A stretch of DNA of 64,000 bases from an uncultured Acidobacteriota bacterium. Lineage in GTDB: Bacteria; Acidobacteriota; Thermoanaerobaculia; Gp7-AA8. A program made the position numbers and the translations under genes. Shown one piece after another: positions 38,467 to 50,400 of this stretch. Location of the stretch: contig CAVUKB010000010.1 of the NCBI GenBank assembly GCA_963741955.1, positions 288,001 through 352,000 of the forward strand. The letters run 5' to 3'. The notes beneath the pieces are model-generated. The model saw nothing but the letters and a program-made list of their open reading frames with translations. It had not been told where the DNA came from and did not search any database. The stretch's first letter is position 1, and each line of letters opens with the position of its first letter.

Positions 38467-38484
38467 GATTGACCCGGCGCAAAG
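38467..38484. promoter_or_regulatory. Fnr/NnrR-type box gaTTGACccggCGCAAag
   Basis: TTG-N8-CAA dyad between the divergent regulator and narK. The right arm CGCAAAG matches the NnrR-type consensus. Confidence 0.55.
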
Positions 38485-38699
38485 AAGACATTTTCCGGTG
38501 GCTCGATACTGATTGCGACTCCTGTGTCGAGGACTGAAGCGCTCCACTGCCACGAATCGCGACTCGAGTCGTGGCAGCCCGCAAATTCGAGCCATAAGAT
38601 GATCACCGGAATTTCGAATTCTTCATTCCTCTCCAGCCGCCGCATCGGCGGTGAAAGGGGTGACAGTCCCGGTCGAATCTTCTTCTCCGGAGGCGTCAG

Positions 38700-39995
38700 A
38701 TGAGCAGAATCAAGGGGACACCGCGGCAAGGCCTCTTCGCGGCGACCCTCGGCTTTTTCGTCGGCTTTGCAGCCGTCGCGCTGTTCGGTCCCACCGCGAA
38801 ACTCTTCTCCGATCCGCTGCACCTCTCGTCGCTGGCTGCAGGATTTCTGATCGCCATGCCGGCACTCTCGGGCTCTCTTCTCCGGATCCCGTTCTCCGCG
38901 TGGGTCGACACGACCGGAGGCCGCAAGCCATTTCTCGTGCTCCTCACTCTCTCTCTGGTCGGAATGGCGGGCGTTCTCGCGGTGGTCCTCCTCTTCTATC
39001 CGTCGAGGATGACCGGCGCCGTCTACCCGCTGCTCCTCCTTCTCGGCGTCCTCTGCGGATGCGGGATCGCGACTTTCTCCGTCGGGATCAGTCAGGTCGC
39101 GTACTGGTATCCGCAGAAATCGCAGGGACGAGCGCTGGCGATCTTCGCCGGGATCGGAAACGTCGCGCCGGGCATCTTTTCTTTTCTCATTCCGGTGGCG
39201 CTGGTGAGTCTCGGACTGAGTGGTGCCTATCTCGCGTGGCTGATCTTCCTCGCCGCAGGCACCATCGTCTACTTCGCGTTCGGCCGGAATGCCTGGTTCT
39301 TCCAGCTCCGCACGGAGGGAGCGTCGGTCGACGAGGCGAGGAATGAAGCGAAGTCGATGGGACAGGAGCTCTTCCCCGCCGGAAGTCTTCGTGAAAGTCT
39401 CGCTGCATCCGCGAAAGTCTGGAAGACGTGGGCGCTGGTGTCGATCTACTTCACAACCTTCGGCGGGTTCATCGCGCTCACCGCATGGCTGCCGACGTAC
39501 TGGACGCAATATTTCGGGCTGTCGCTCGTCACGGCGGGCCTTCTCACCGGGATCTATTCGGTCCTCACCTCGCTGATCCGGATCGTGGGCGGACTGGTCG
39601 CCGACAAGCTTCGTGAAGGGGGTGAGAACACCGCTGTCCTCGCTCTCCTGGTGATGCTGGTGGGAGCGCTGGTGATGACCATGGCTCGTGAATACGAGCT
39701 CGCCATTCCGGGGATCATTCTTCTCGCCTCCGGAATGGGGATCTGCAACGCGGCGGTGTTCAAGATCGTTCCGCAGGCGGTGCCGCACGCCGTAGGCGGC
39801 GCTGCGGGGTGGGTGGGTGGACTCGGCGCGTTCGGCGGATTCGTCATTCCGCCGATGCTCGGCTTCGCGGTCAGGGATCTCGGTAACCGCGGCTACGCGA
39901 TCGGCTTCATCATCTTCATCTTCCTTGCTCTCTTTTCGCTCGCGATGGCCTGGATGCTCAAGTACATCCCGAATCCCGATGAGGTTCCGACGTGA
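38700..39995 (+). CDS. narK: Nitrate/nitrite porter (MFS, NNP family)
   Basis: 12-TM pattern, GSLLRIP, YFTTFGGF, NAAVFKIVP, GGLGAFGGF. First gene of the nar operon. Confidence 0.9.
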   Translation: MSRIKGTPRQGLFAATLGFFVGFAAVALFGPTAKLFSDPLHLSSLAAGFLIAMPALSGSLLRIPFSAWVDTTGGRKPFLVLLTLSLVGMAGVLAVVLLFYPSRMTGAVYPLLLLLGVLCGCGIATFSVGISQVAYWYPQKSQGRALAIFAGIGNVAPGIFSFLIPVALVSLGLSGAYLAWLIFLAAGTIVYFAFGRNAWFFQLRTEGASVDEARNEAKSMGQELFPAGSLRESLAASAKVWKTWALVSIYFTTFGGFIALTAWLPTYWTQYFGLSLVTAGLLTGIYSVLTSLIRIVGGLVADKLREGGENTAVLALLVMLVGALVMTMAREYELAIPGIILLASGMGICNAAVFKIVPQAVPHAVGGAAGWVGGLGAFGGFVIPPMLGFAVRDLGNRGYAIGFIIFIFLALFSLAMAWMLKYIPNPDEVPT

Positions 39996-40825
39996 GAGCG
40001 CTCGTGCGGGGATCGCTCGTCGTGCTCGCGGCTCTGGCGGTCGGAGCTGCGGCGTGGGGGGAGAGCCCGCCCGGACCGGCGAGTTCCGCGAGTGCGTCAC
40101 CCGCCGCCGCGAACGCACCGGCCGATCCCGCAGCCGACTACTTTCTGGACACCTGCGCCGGGTGCCACACCATCGGGGGTGGAGTACTCACAGGGCCGGA
40201 CCTCCAGAAAGCCACTGCATGGTCAGCGGACGACCTCCATGCCGCAGTCAAGCGGATGGAGAAAAACGTCGGTCCGATGAGCGACGAGCGGGTCAGCGCT
40301 CTGGTGTCCCTCCTGAAGAGCGGCGAGGTTCAGAAGCGGCTCGAGGCGGCGAAGGAGCGACGCAGGGTCGAGCTCACCGCGACACTGGTGCCGGGCTCCC
40401 CCGCGACCGGCCGCGATCTCTTCTTCGGAGCGAAGACCTTCGCCTCCGGCGGAATTCCGTGTGCAGCCTGCCACGCCGTCGGCGGCGAAGGAGGAAACAT
40501 GGCGGTCGACCTCACTGCCGTCTATCCGCGACTCGGCGAACAGTCGCTGATGTCGACCATCGAACGTCCGGCCTTTCCTCTGATGAAGACCGCCTACGGC
40601 GCTCACGTCGTGAGCTCTCAGGAGGCGATGGATCTCTCGGCCTTTTTCAAGTCCGTGGGGAAAGGGCTGCCGCGTGACGCGAGCGTTCCGCCCCGGAATC
40701 TCGCAGCGCTGCACGGAACCGCGGCCGGGCTGGTGATCGTCGCACTCGGCGGTGTGGCGTGGATCTTCCGCTCGCGTCGCGGCGGATTGAGAAGACGGAT
40801 GCTGCGCGACTCGTACAAGAGGTGA
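39992..40825 (+). CDS. Membrane-anchored diheme cytochrome c (NarC-like)
   Basis: Signal peptide, CAGCHTIGGG..GPDL, CAACH, C-terminal TM helix. Confidence 0.87.
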   Translation: MRALVRGSLVVLAALAVGAAAWGESPPGPASSASASPAAANAPADPAADYFLDTCAGCHTIGGGVLTGPDLQKATAWSADDLHAAVKRMEKNVGPMSDERVSALVSLLKSGEVQKRLEAAKERRRVELTATLVPGSPATGRDLFFGAKTFASGGIPCAACHAVGGEGGNMAVDLTAVYPRLGEQSLMSTIERPAFPLMKTAYGAHVVSSQEAMDLSAFFKSVGKGLPRDASVPPRNLAALHGTAAGLVIVALGGVAWIFRSRRGGLRRRMLRDSYKR

Positions 40826-40831
40826 ATCGAC

Positions 40832-43800
40832 GTGACCTGGATCCAGGATCTCTTCAGCCCCGAAGCCCGCTCGTGGGAAGACTTCTACCGGAACCGGTGG
40901 TCTCACGACAGAGTCGTCCGCAGCACCCACGGAGTGAACTGCACCGGCGGCTGCAGCTGGAACATCCACGTCAAGCAGGGTCTGGTGACGTGGGAGTACC
41001 AGGCGCTCGACTATCCGCGTTTCGATCCCGACATTCCGTCCTACGAGCCGCGCGGATGCCAGCGCGGGATCTCGCACTCCTGGTACGTCTACAGTCCTCT
41101 GCGGGTGAAGTACCCGTACGTGCGCGGGACTCTCCTCGACCTCTGGAAAGAATCGCTGAAGAAGCACTCCGATCCGATCGCAGCGTGGGAATCACTGGTG
41201 ACCGACGATGCGGCGCGCGCGAAGTGGCAGAAGGCGCGCGGGAAGGGAGGGTTCCGCCGCGCAAGCTGGAACGAAGTGCTGCCGATGCTCGCAGCCGCGA
41301 ACCTCTACACTGCACGACGCCACGGTCCCGACCGGGTGATCGGCTTCTCGCCCATCCCGGCGATGTCGATGGTCAGCTATGCCGCCGGCGCGCGGTATCT
41401 GCAGCTTCTCGGCGGGGTCTGTCTTTCGTTCTACGACTGGTACTGCGATCTTCCTCCCGCCTCGCCGGAGATCTGGGGCGAGCAGACCGACGTCGGGGAG
41501 AGCGCCGACTGGTACAAGTCGCGGTACATCGCGGTAGTCGGCTCCAACGTCCTCGGGACGCGGACGCCCGACGCGCACTTTCTGGTCGAAGCGCGGCATC
41601 AGGGAGCGAAAGTCGTGGTCTTCTCTCCCGATCTCAGTCAGACGTCCAAGGTCGCCGACGAGTGGGTTCCGATCCATCAGGGACAGGACGGCGCGTTCTG
41701 GATGGCGGTCACCCACGTCCTCCTCGAGGAGTTCCACACGAAGAGAACCGTTCCCTACTTCGACGACTATCTCCGCCGATACACGGACGGCCCGTTCCTG
41801 GTCGAGCTCGAGCCGGACGGCCATGGCGGTTATGGTGCCGGATCGCTGCTGCGCAGCTCCGCGCTCCCCGAGTCGAAGGACGAGGAGCTCGGCGAATGGA
41901 AGCTCGTGGTCATCGACGAAGATCTGAAGCTCCGGATGCCGCAGGGGACGGTCGGGCATCGCTGGCAGAAGAAGAAGGGACAGTGGAATCTCGAGTCGCG
42001 CGATGCGCGCAGCGGCGAAGAATACACGCCGCGTCTCACCCTCGCCGGAGCGAGTGACGAGGTCGTCCTCGTCCGGATCGACGACTTTTCGGAGCCGGGG
42101 ACTCCGGGCCTGATCCGGCGCAGCGTTCCCGCTCGACGGATCGAGACGATGGACGGACCGCGGCTCGTCACCACCGCATTCGATCTTCTCCTCGCCCAGT
42201 ACGGCGTCCGCCGCGACCTCGGCGAAGGGCCGGAGGGCGAATGGCCCGAAGGTTACGCCGACGCCGCGCAACCGTTCACTCCTGCATGGCAGGAACAGTT
42301 CACCGGAGTGGCGGCCGCCGACGTGATCCGCTTCGCGCGCGAGTGGGGGAAGACTGCGGAGACGACGAAGGGGCGCTGCATGATCATCATCGGCGCCGGC
42401 GTCAATCACTGGTACCACAACAATCTGATTTACCGCGCCGCCATCACCGCGCTGATGGTCACCGGCTGCATCGGTCGCAACGGCGGCGGTTGGAACCACT
42501 ACGTCGGTCAGGAGAAGCTCGTCCCCGTCGCATCCTGGGCGCCGATTGCGTTTGCGCAGGACTGGGGCGGTCCGCCACGTCTGCAGAACGCGCCGTCGTT
42601 CCACTACATGCACTCGGATCAGTGGCGCTACGACCGTCCGTTCGGCGAAGTCTGTCCGGTCGCCGACGACGGCCAGCCGATGGCGTCCGGCCACACCGCC
42701 GACCTGCAGGCTAAAGCCGTTCGCTGTGGCTGGCTCCCCTGTTATCCGCAGTTCGATCGGACCAACGCGAGCGTTCTCGAAGAGGCGCGTGCGGCAGGTG
42801 AGGATGTCGCGAGTCACGTGGTCGGGCAGCTCCGCCAGCGCAACCTTCGCTTCTCGATGGAGGATCCCGACAACCCCGAGTCGTTCCCACGCGTCTGGTA
42901 CATCTGGCGCGGGAACGCCCTGCAGGCCTCCGCCAAAGGACACGAGTACTTCCTCGAGCACTACCTCGGTACCGACAGCGCTTCGGTCGCGGCGGAGGAA
43001 GGGGAGGGATTCGTCGAGGACGTCGTCTGGCGCGACGTCGCGGCAAAGGGGAAGCTCGACCTGGTCGTCGACCTGAACTTCAGGATGGACACCTCCGCCC
43101 TCTACTCCGATGTCGTCCTCCCCGCCGCCTCGTGGTACGAGAAGGACGACCTCAACTCGACGGACCTCCACAGCTTCATCCATCCACTCCAGCGCGCGAT
43201 CACCCCCTGCTGGGAGTCGAAGAGCGACTGGCAGATCTTCCGCGAGCTCGCCCGGGTGACCCAGGAGATCGCACAGGAGTGGATGCCTGACCCCTTCGAG
43301 GATCTCGTCCTCACCCCTCTGATGCACGACACCGCCGCTGAAGTCGCGCAGCCGGACGTGCGTGACTGGGCGAAGGGAGAGTGCGAGCCGGTTCCCGGAA
43401 AGACGATGGCGAACATCACCGTCGTCACCCGTGACTACGCGAATCTCTACAACCGGTTCGTCTCCCTGGGGCCGAAATTCCGAGACGGCGGACTCGGCGC
43501 GCACGGTACGAAGTATCCGGTCGACGATGTGTACGACCGCTGGCGCGAGATTCACGCGGTCGAAAAGTGGGATGGCGAGACGTATCCCTCTCTGCGCGAA
43601 GACCGCTCCGTCTGTGACACCATTCTCCGTTTCGCGCCGGAGACGAACGGCGAGCTCGCGTGGCGGGCGTTCCGCTCCGAGTCGGAGAAGACCGGTCGCG
43701 ACCACACCCATCTCGCGGAGAAGACCCGTGGCGTGACGTACAGCTTCGACGATCTGGTGCGCCAGCCTCGTCGAGTCCTCACCTCCCCGTACTGGACCGG

Positions 43801-44466
43801 CATCACGGGCGACGGCCGTACGTACGCGGCATTCTGTCAGAACGTCGAAGAGCTGATCCCGTGGCGCACCCTCACCGGACGGCAGCATCTCTATCTCGAC
43901 CACCAGGTCTACCGGGCCTTCGGCGAGCACCTCCCGACCTTCAAACCGCGCCCGGACCAGAGGGCGCTCGGCGATCTCGAACAAACCCCCGCCGACCATC
44001 GTTCGCTGGTCCTCAACTACCTCACCCCTCACGGGAAGTGGCATATTCACTCCACGTACGGCGACACGCTCCGGATGGAGACGCTCTCCCGCGGCATCGA
44101 GCCGATCTGGATGAACGACCGCGACGCGGGACTCCTCGGGATTCGCGACAACGACTGGGTCGAGGTGCTGAACGACCACGGCGTCGTCGTCACCCGCGCG
44201 TGCGTCAGCGCACGCATCCCGCGCGGAATGTGCTTCATCTACCACGCGACGGAGCGGACCATCGGAACGCCGAAGACGACCACTCGACTTCGTAACGGAA
44301 AACCGCGGCGCGCCGGCGCGCACAACAGTCTGACCCGGGTGCGGCTCAAGCCGGTGTTCATGATCGGCGGGTACGCGCAGTTCACGTACGCATTCAACTA
44401 CTGGGGGCCGCCCGGCGTGAACCGGGACACCTACGTCGTGGTTCGCAAGACGGAGAGGAAACCCGA

Positions 44467-44473
<7 letters not shown>
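40832..44473 (+). CDS. narG: Respiratory nitrate reductase alpha subunit (cytoplasmic Nar/Nxr type)
   Basis: [53 protein letters not shown]. No Tat signal. Confidence 0.95.
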
Positions 44474-45992
<1,519 letters not shown>

Positions 45993-45996
<4 letters not shown>

Positions 45997-46553
45997 GCGC
46001 GGTGGACGTGGAACCGCTTTGTCTGGGAGTGGAGACACTCGGCGTGCTGTCGCCTCTCTTCCGGTATCCGGCAGAGGGATACGCGCGTGCTCTCGACTTT
46101 GCGCGCGTTTTCGAGACGGAGATCGACGCGGCTGCAGGAAGCGCGCTCGCTCGATTCGCCGCAGAGATCGAGCCGCTCAGTCGAGGCCAGCTCGAGTCGA
46201 CGTACACCCACACCTTCGATCTCGCGCCGTCGTGCAGCCCGTACCTCGGCGCGCACCTCTTCGGTGACGAGACGCCGGATCGCGCGCGGCTGATGGTGGG
46301 CCTCCGGATGACGTACCGGAACCACGGGATCGACGTCGACGGGCGTGAACTGCCGGACCACGTCGCGGAGGTGCTCGAACATGCGCGCTGCTTCGAAGGC
46401 GCAGAGTGGTTCGAGCTCGGAAGGCTGATCCTGATTCCCGCGCTCGATCGGATGACGGCGATTCTCGAATCAACGACGAATCCGTACCGGCATCTCCTCG
46501 ACGCGACCCGGCGAGTGGCTCGGACACTTTTCGAAGAAGGAGGTCTATCGTGA
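45993..46553 (+). CDS. narJ: Nitrate reductase Mo-cofactor assembly chaperone
   Basis: YTHTFD, SPYLG, ELPDH. ATGA overlap with narH. Confidence 0.9.
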
Positions 46554-47878
46554 CCGGCGCCCCGATCGAAAACCTCCTTCTCACCGGGATTCCCTACGCC
46601 GCGATCGTCGTCTTCATCGCCGGGATGTTCTGGCGGATTCGATCGCAGTTCTCGATCTCATCGCTCTCCTCGCAGTTTCTCGAAAGTCGATGGCTCGTCT
46701 GGGGCTCGGTCCCGTTTCACCTCGGGATCACCATCCTGTTCATCGGACATCTGATTCCGGTCATCATCCCGGGGGCGTGGAAAGTACTCGTCTCGAATGC
46801 CTCGTTCCGCATCGCCGTGGAGAGCGTCGGACTCGGCGCGGCGGTACTCACCCTGATCGGGCTGCTCGTCCTCTTCGTGCGTCGGATCACTTCGCGGACG
46901 GTGCAGCCGAATTCGACGGTGATGGATCTGGTGGTGCTCGGAATCCTGATCTTTCAGGTCGCGGTGGGAACGGGAGTGGCGGCGCTTCACCGGTGGGGAT
47001 CACTCTGGTCGGTGGGAACGACCACGCCGTACCTCTGGAGTCTCCTCACCCTCCACCCCGATCCGGCCCTGGTCGGCGGGATGCCGCCTCTGATGCAGCT
47101 CCACCTCACAGGCGCGTGGGTGGTGCTCGCGCTGATCCCGTTCACCCGCCTCGTGCACATGTTCTCCCTCCCTCTGCAGTACCTTGCCAGACCGCCGCAG
47201 CGCGTGATCTGGGCGAGCGCTCGAAGACGTCTCGCGGACGAGCGGCGTGAGGAACGGGACGTTGCGGGACGGCGTCTCCTCCTGAGGGGCGCGGTCGGTG
47301 TGGGAGCCGCGGGCGTCCTTCTCTCCATCGGTGTCGCCGACAAACTCTTCAACTACTTCCGCGGCCCGCAGATGACGCTGGACGAAGAAGCCGCGCTCCT
47401 CAAGAAACGACTCGGCCGGCTCGAAGCGACGACCGAGCAGCGGCAGCTCGAGCTCGAGCGGATGCGGAAGTCGTACATCCGCGTCGCGCGTCTCGGCGAT
47501 CTCTCACGCGACACCGGCTTCTACTTCGTCGATTACCAGATGCGGCCGGCGCTCGCGTTCCGGAACGCCGAGGGTCTGCCCCACCTGATCTCGGCCAAGT
47601 GCACGCACCTCGGGTGCACGGTGGCGAAGGACGTCGACCCGGAAGGACGGATCGTCTGTCCGTGCCACATCTCGTACTTCAACGTCGCGACCGGCGTCCC
47701 GCAGCCGGGATCGCCGGCCAAGGCGCCGCTTCCGATGCTCGGCTGGGTGCTGCGCGAGCCTCAGGGCGGCATCGTCGCGAAGAGAACCGCCGACGGACGG
47801 ATGGAGGGGAAGATCGATCCGGCGGTGCTCGACGACTACGAAGTGTGGATCTCGCGCGAGATGGAGGTTCAGGCCTGA
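46550..47878 (+). CDS. narI: NarI (gamma, diheme b) fused to a Rieske [2Fe-2S] domain
   Basis: SSLSSQFLE, FHLGITILFIGH, LHL...PFTRLVH (all four heme His). Then GRRLLLR plus a Gly-rich TM, CTHLGC and CPCHIS. GTGA overlap with narJ. Confidence 0.92.
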   Translation: MTGAPIENLLLTGIPYAAIVVFIAGMFWRIRSQFSISSLSSQFLESRWLVWGSVPFHLGITILFIGHLIPVIIPGAWKVLVSNASFRIAVESVGLGAAVLTLIGLLVLFVRRITSRTVQPNSTVMDLVVLGILIFQVAVGTGVAALHRWGSLWSVGTTTPYLWSLLTLHPDPALVGGMPPLMQLHLTGAWVVLALIPFTRLVHMFSLPLQYLARPPQRVIWASARRRLADERREERDVAGRRLLLRGAVGVGAAGVLLSIGVADKLFNYFRGPQMTLDEEAALLKKRLGRLEATTEQRQLELERMRKSYIRVARLGDLSRDTGFYFVDYQMRPALAFRNAEGLPHLISAKCTHLGCTVAKDVDPEGRIVCPCHISYFNVATGVPQPGSPAKAPLPMLGWVLREPQGGIVAKRTADGRMEGKIDPAVLDDYEVWISREMEVQA

Positions 47879-48978
47879 TGCCGACACGATTCCAGGCGGC
47901 GACCGCATTCCTCTCCGAGCGCCTTCCGCTCGAGAAGATGAGCGTGCGCTCGCTCATCACCACCAAGATGGTGCCGGTCCACCGCATGAGCTGGGCCTAC
48001 TACCTCGGCGGACTCACGCTCTTCTTATTCATGGTCCAGATGGTGACGGGCCTGATGCTCCTCTTCTATTACGAGCCGACGGTCAGTGATGCGCACGCAT
48101 CGGTCGAGAGGATCACCGAGCACGTGGTCGGTGGTGGGCTGGTGCGGAATCTTCACACCTGGGCCGCGTCGGCCATGATTCTGATGGTGCTCGCGCACAT
48201 GATCACCACCTTCGCGATGAAGGCGTTCGACAAACCGCGCGAGATCACCTGGCTGAGTGGAGTGACTCTGCTTCTTCTCGCGTTCGGATTCGGGTTCACC
48301 GGTTACCTTCTGCCGTGGCACCAGATCGCGGTCAATGCGACCAAGGTGGGACTGCAGTCGATCGAAGACGTCGGGCAATACCTCCCGACGGCGATCGCCA
48401 CCTGGCCTACCCGGCTCCGGGAGCTCATCCAGGGCGAACCGGCGGTGGGACAGGCCACGCTCTCGCGTTTCTACGCCATCCACGTCGTCGTCCTCCCGCT
48501 GGTGTTCCTCGGGTTAGTCGGGCTCCACCTTCTCTCCGTGCAGCTTCACGGCATGAGCCGCGGAGTCGACCGGCCGACGGACCGCACCGAGCGCTTCTTC
48601 CCGTTCTTCATCCTCAAGGATTTCTGGGTGTGGGGCGTGGCGTTCCTGGCGATCTTCACCCTCGCTCTCACGCTGCCGTTCGAATCGTTCTTTCAATATC
48701 CCCTTTTCGAGGCCTACAACGCGATGGGCTCGACGCCGGACGGGATCAAGCCGGAATGGTATTTCTACTTCGTCTACTATCCGCTCGAGCTGCTCCCGTT
48801 CTGGGTGGTGGGGCTCCTGATGAACGGCGCGATCGTCACGCTGTTCGTCTCACCCTGGATCTTCAAAGGGACCAAACGACGGACTCTACAGACGCTCGCG
48901 GTGATCGCGACGACGTACCTCGTGGTGATGACGCTCTTCGGGGGTCAGATCTACAGCGTCTTCCGAGGAGGCAAGTGA
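47878..48978 (+). CDS. Cytochrome b of a Rieske/cytb (bc-type) complex
   Basis: YYLGG, LHTWAASAMILMVLAH, TGYLLPW, IHVVVLP..GLH, IKPEWY (Qo motif). TGATG coupling. Confidence 0.93.
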   Translation: MPTRFQAATAFLSERLPLEKMSVRSLITTKMVPVHRMSWAYYLGGLTLFLFMVQMVTGLMLLFYYEPTVSDAHASVERITEHVVGGGLVRNLHTWAASAMILMVLAHMITTFAMKAFDKPREITWLSGVTLLLLAFGFGFTGYLLPWHQIAVNATKVGLQSIEDVGQYLPTAIATWPTRLRELIQGEPAVGQATLSRFYAIHVVVLPLVFLGLVGLHLLSVQLHGMSRGVDRPTDRTERFFPFFILKDFWVWGVAFLAIFTLALTLPFESFFQYPLFEAYNAMGSTPDGIKPEWYFYFVYYPLELLPFWVVGLLMNGAIVTLFVSPWIFKGTKRRTLQTLAVIATTYLVVMTLFGGQIYSVFRGGK

Positions 48979-49634
48979 TGCGCGCGCGTCTGCTCGGCGC
49001 GATGACCTTGGCGCTGTTGGTCTCTGCGAACGCCTGGGCTTATCCCGAGTTCCAGACCTGGATCTCGAAGCACTCCGGCCATTCCGTCGACTGCGCGATG
49101 TGCCACGTGAATCCGGAGGGGCCGGAGGGATTGGGGGAGGGGCAGATCAGGGGTCTCGACCGTCAGGAGCTCGAACGGCTGAACGACGCGCGTGCGGCGT
49201 TTCAGCCCGGGATCAGGATCGACAGTCCGATCCTGAACGAATTCGGGAATCGCATCATCGAACGGCTCGGACGGAAGGAGTTTCTGGAGATCCGAGTGAC
49301 GGATCCGGGGCGGCTGGTTGCGAAGTACGGCTTCGAATCCGATCTCGACGGCGACGGGATCCCCGACGCACAGGAGTATCTCGACGGGACGCTTCCGATC
49401 GACCCGCGGAGTGGCGATCCATGGCTGCTGTTCGCGCATAATCTCGGCCGCCGATGGCTCGACCTCCTGATGGTGATCCTCGCTACGCTGTGCGGGCTCT
49501 TCGGTCTCAACCAGATGCTCCACTGGTTCGAATTCGCGTCGCGCGAAGAAGAGACCGCGGATGCGACGGTGGACGAACGACATCCCCGGCCGCGCCGCCG
49601 CCCCACCCGCGCACGGACTTCGATTTCGAGCTGA
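48978..49634 (+). CDS. Membrane-anchored monoheme cytochrome c with DxDxDG Ca-binding motif
   Basis: Signal peptide ending AWA, CAMCH, DLDGDGIPDAQE, C-terminal TM. TGATG coupling. Confidence 0.8.
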   Translation: MRARLLGAMTLALLVSANAWAYPEFQTWISKHSGHSVDCAMCHVNPEGPEGLGEGQIRGLDRQELERLNDARAAFQPGIRIDSPILNEFGNRIIERLGRKEFLEIRVTDPGRLVAKYGFESDLDGDGIPDAQEYLDGTLPIDPRSGDPWLLFAHNLGRRWLDLLMVILATLCGLFGLNQMLHWFEFASREEETADATVDERHPRPRRRPTRARTSISS

Positions 49635-49642
49635 AGCAGGAA

Positions 49643-49948
49643 TCAAGAGTGGGGCGATCCACTTCGGCTGGTGTGCCAGAGCTCGAGGACGGCGACGGTC
49701 TGATCCTCTTCCGAGATCGTGTAATACAAATAGTAACCAACGGACGAGAGGAGGATTCTCCGAAGGTGGGGAATCGCGGTGTGTTTCACCGATTCACAGG
49801 CTCTCGGGAACGACGTCAGAGCCAGGAATCCTCGCTAGATCTCCTACGAGAAGAGCAGAGGTGCAGTGCCGCGGTTCTCGAGCCACCACGCGGCGGGTTT
49901 TTCGATCTGGCGCTCGGCGCGGGGAGAGACGCGGATCCGATAACTCAA
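49643..49948 (-). pseudogene. ParE/RelE-family toxin pseudogene with two in-frame TAG stops
   Basis: Manual translation: LSYRIRVSPRAERQIE..AAWWLENR..APLLFS*EI*RG...LRRILL..VGYYLYY..VAVLELWHTSR. TAGs at 49844-46 and 49835-37. Confidence 0.8.
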
Positions 49949-50168
49949 CGACCGCTGTCCTCGAGCCTCCGAATCAGATCGTCATCGTTCATGAAATTAC
50001 CGGACTGAATTTCTTTCAGCGACTCGAGAAGCGCGTCCTCCTCAGTGCGGGAGAGGGAGACGGGCTCGTTCGTCCCGGAGGCGAGGACCGCAACCGGAGT
50101 CCCATCTTCCAATGCGCCCGGGGAAGCGCAATTTTTCCGTCGACAACGGTTCGGGTCACGATCTTCAT
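49945..50168 (-). pseudogene. Cognate antitoxin pseudogene (frameshift)
   Basis: MKIVTRTVVDGKIALP, then a shifted frame GALEDGTPVAVLA...LSRTEEDALLESLKEIQSGNF..DDLIRRLE. Length 224 nt. TTGA overlap with the toxin. Confidence 0.7.
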
Positions 50169-50177
50169 CAATTCAGT

Positions 50178-50238
50178 CTACCCGCACATCCGCCAGAGAA
50201 TTTCCGTTCGAGCGAGACGGTGTGAGAAATACGGGCCA
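50178..50238. mobile_element. Remnant right end of a family A element
   Basis: CGAGACGGTGTGAGAAATACGGG compared with CGAGACGGTGTGAGAAATGCGGG at 12225-12247. Confidence 0.6.
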
Positions 50239-50400
50239 GGAGTCTGCGCGGTAGAAACGTCCGTAGTGAGAAAGCGGAGCAGCGAGGCCAAATTCGTTCG
50301 GATTTGAGGTGCGTAGCGGTGGCTACTCGCCGAAAATCGGGGCGGATTTGGACCGCTGATCCGCTTTCGCAGCAGGACGGTTTCTATCGCGCAGACTCCT
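50238..50400. mobile_element. Palindromic MITE-like element family B
   Basis: TIR AGGAGTCTGCGCG.TAGAAAC / GTTTCTA.CGCGCAGACTCCT. Inner GAAAGCGGA/TCCGCTTTC, CCAAAT/ATTTGG, GTAGC/GCTAC. CCAG and CTAG at the ends. Confidence 0.78.

Noticed and set aside
38427-40118. 795-aa ORF suggesting a long N-terminal extension on the Crp/Fnr regulator
   Set aside because: The extension is antisense to narK. A GTG with an RBS at 38426 gives a normal-sized protein.
41192-44323. 1043-aa minus-strand ORF (likewise 67..1509, 19851..21875, 33556..35271, 16813..18132)
   Set aside because: Antisense shadows of well-supported genes, typical of high-GC DNA, with no motifs.
47878-48978. b6f-type cytochrome with covalent heme ci
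   Set aside because: The heme ci Cys is absent (YYLGG) and the protein is unsplit, although the second His pair has 14-residue spacing.
49835-49846. TAG recoding (pyrrolysine or alternative code) in the ParE-like gene
   Set aside because: TAG terminates several intact genes here (e.g. 24373, 25206, 26759, 58718), and the antitoxin is independently frameshifted.
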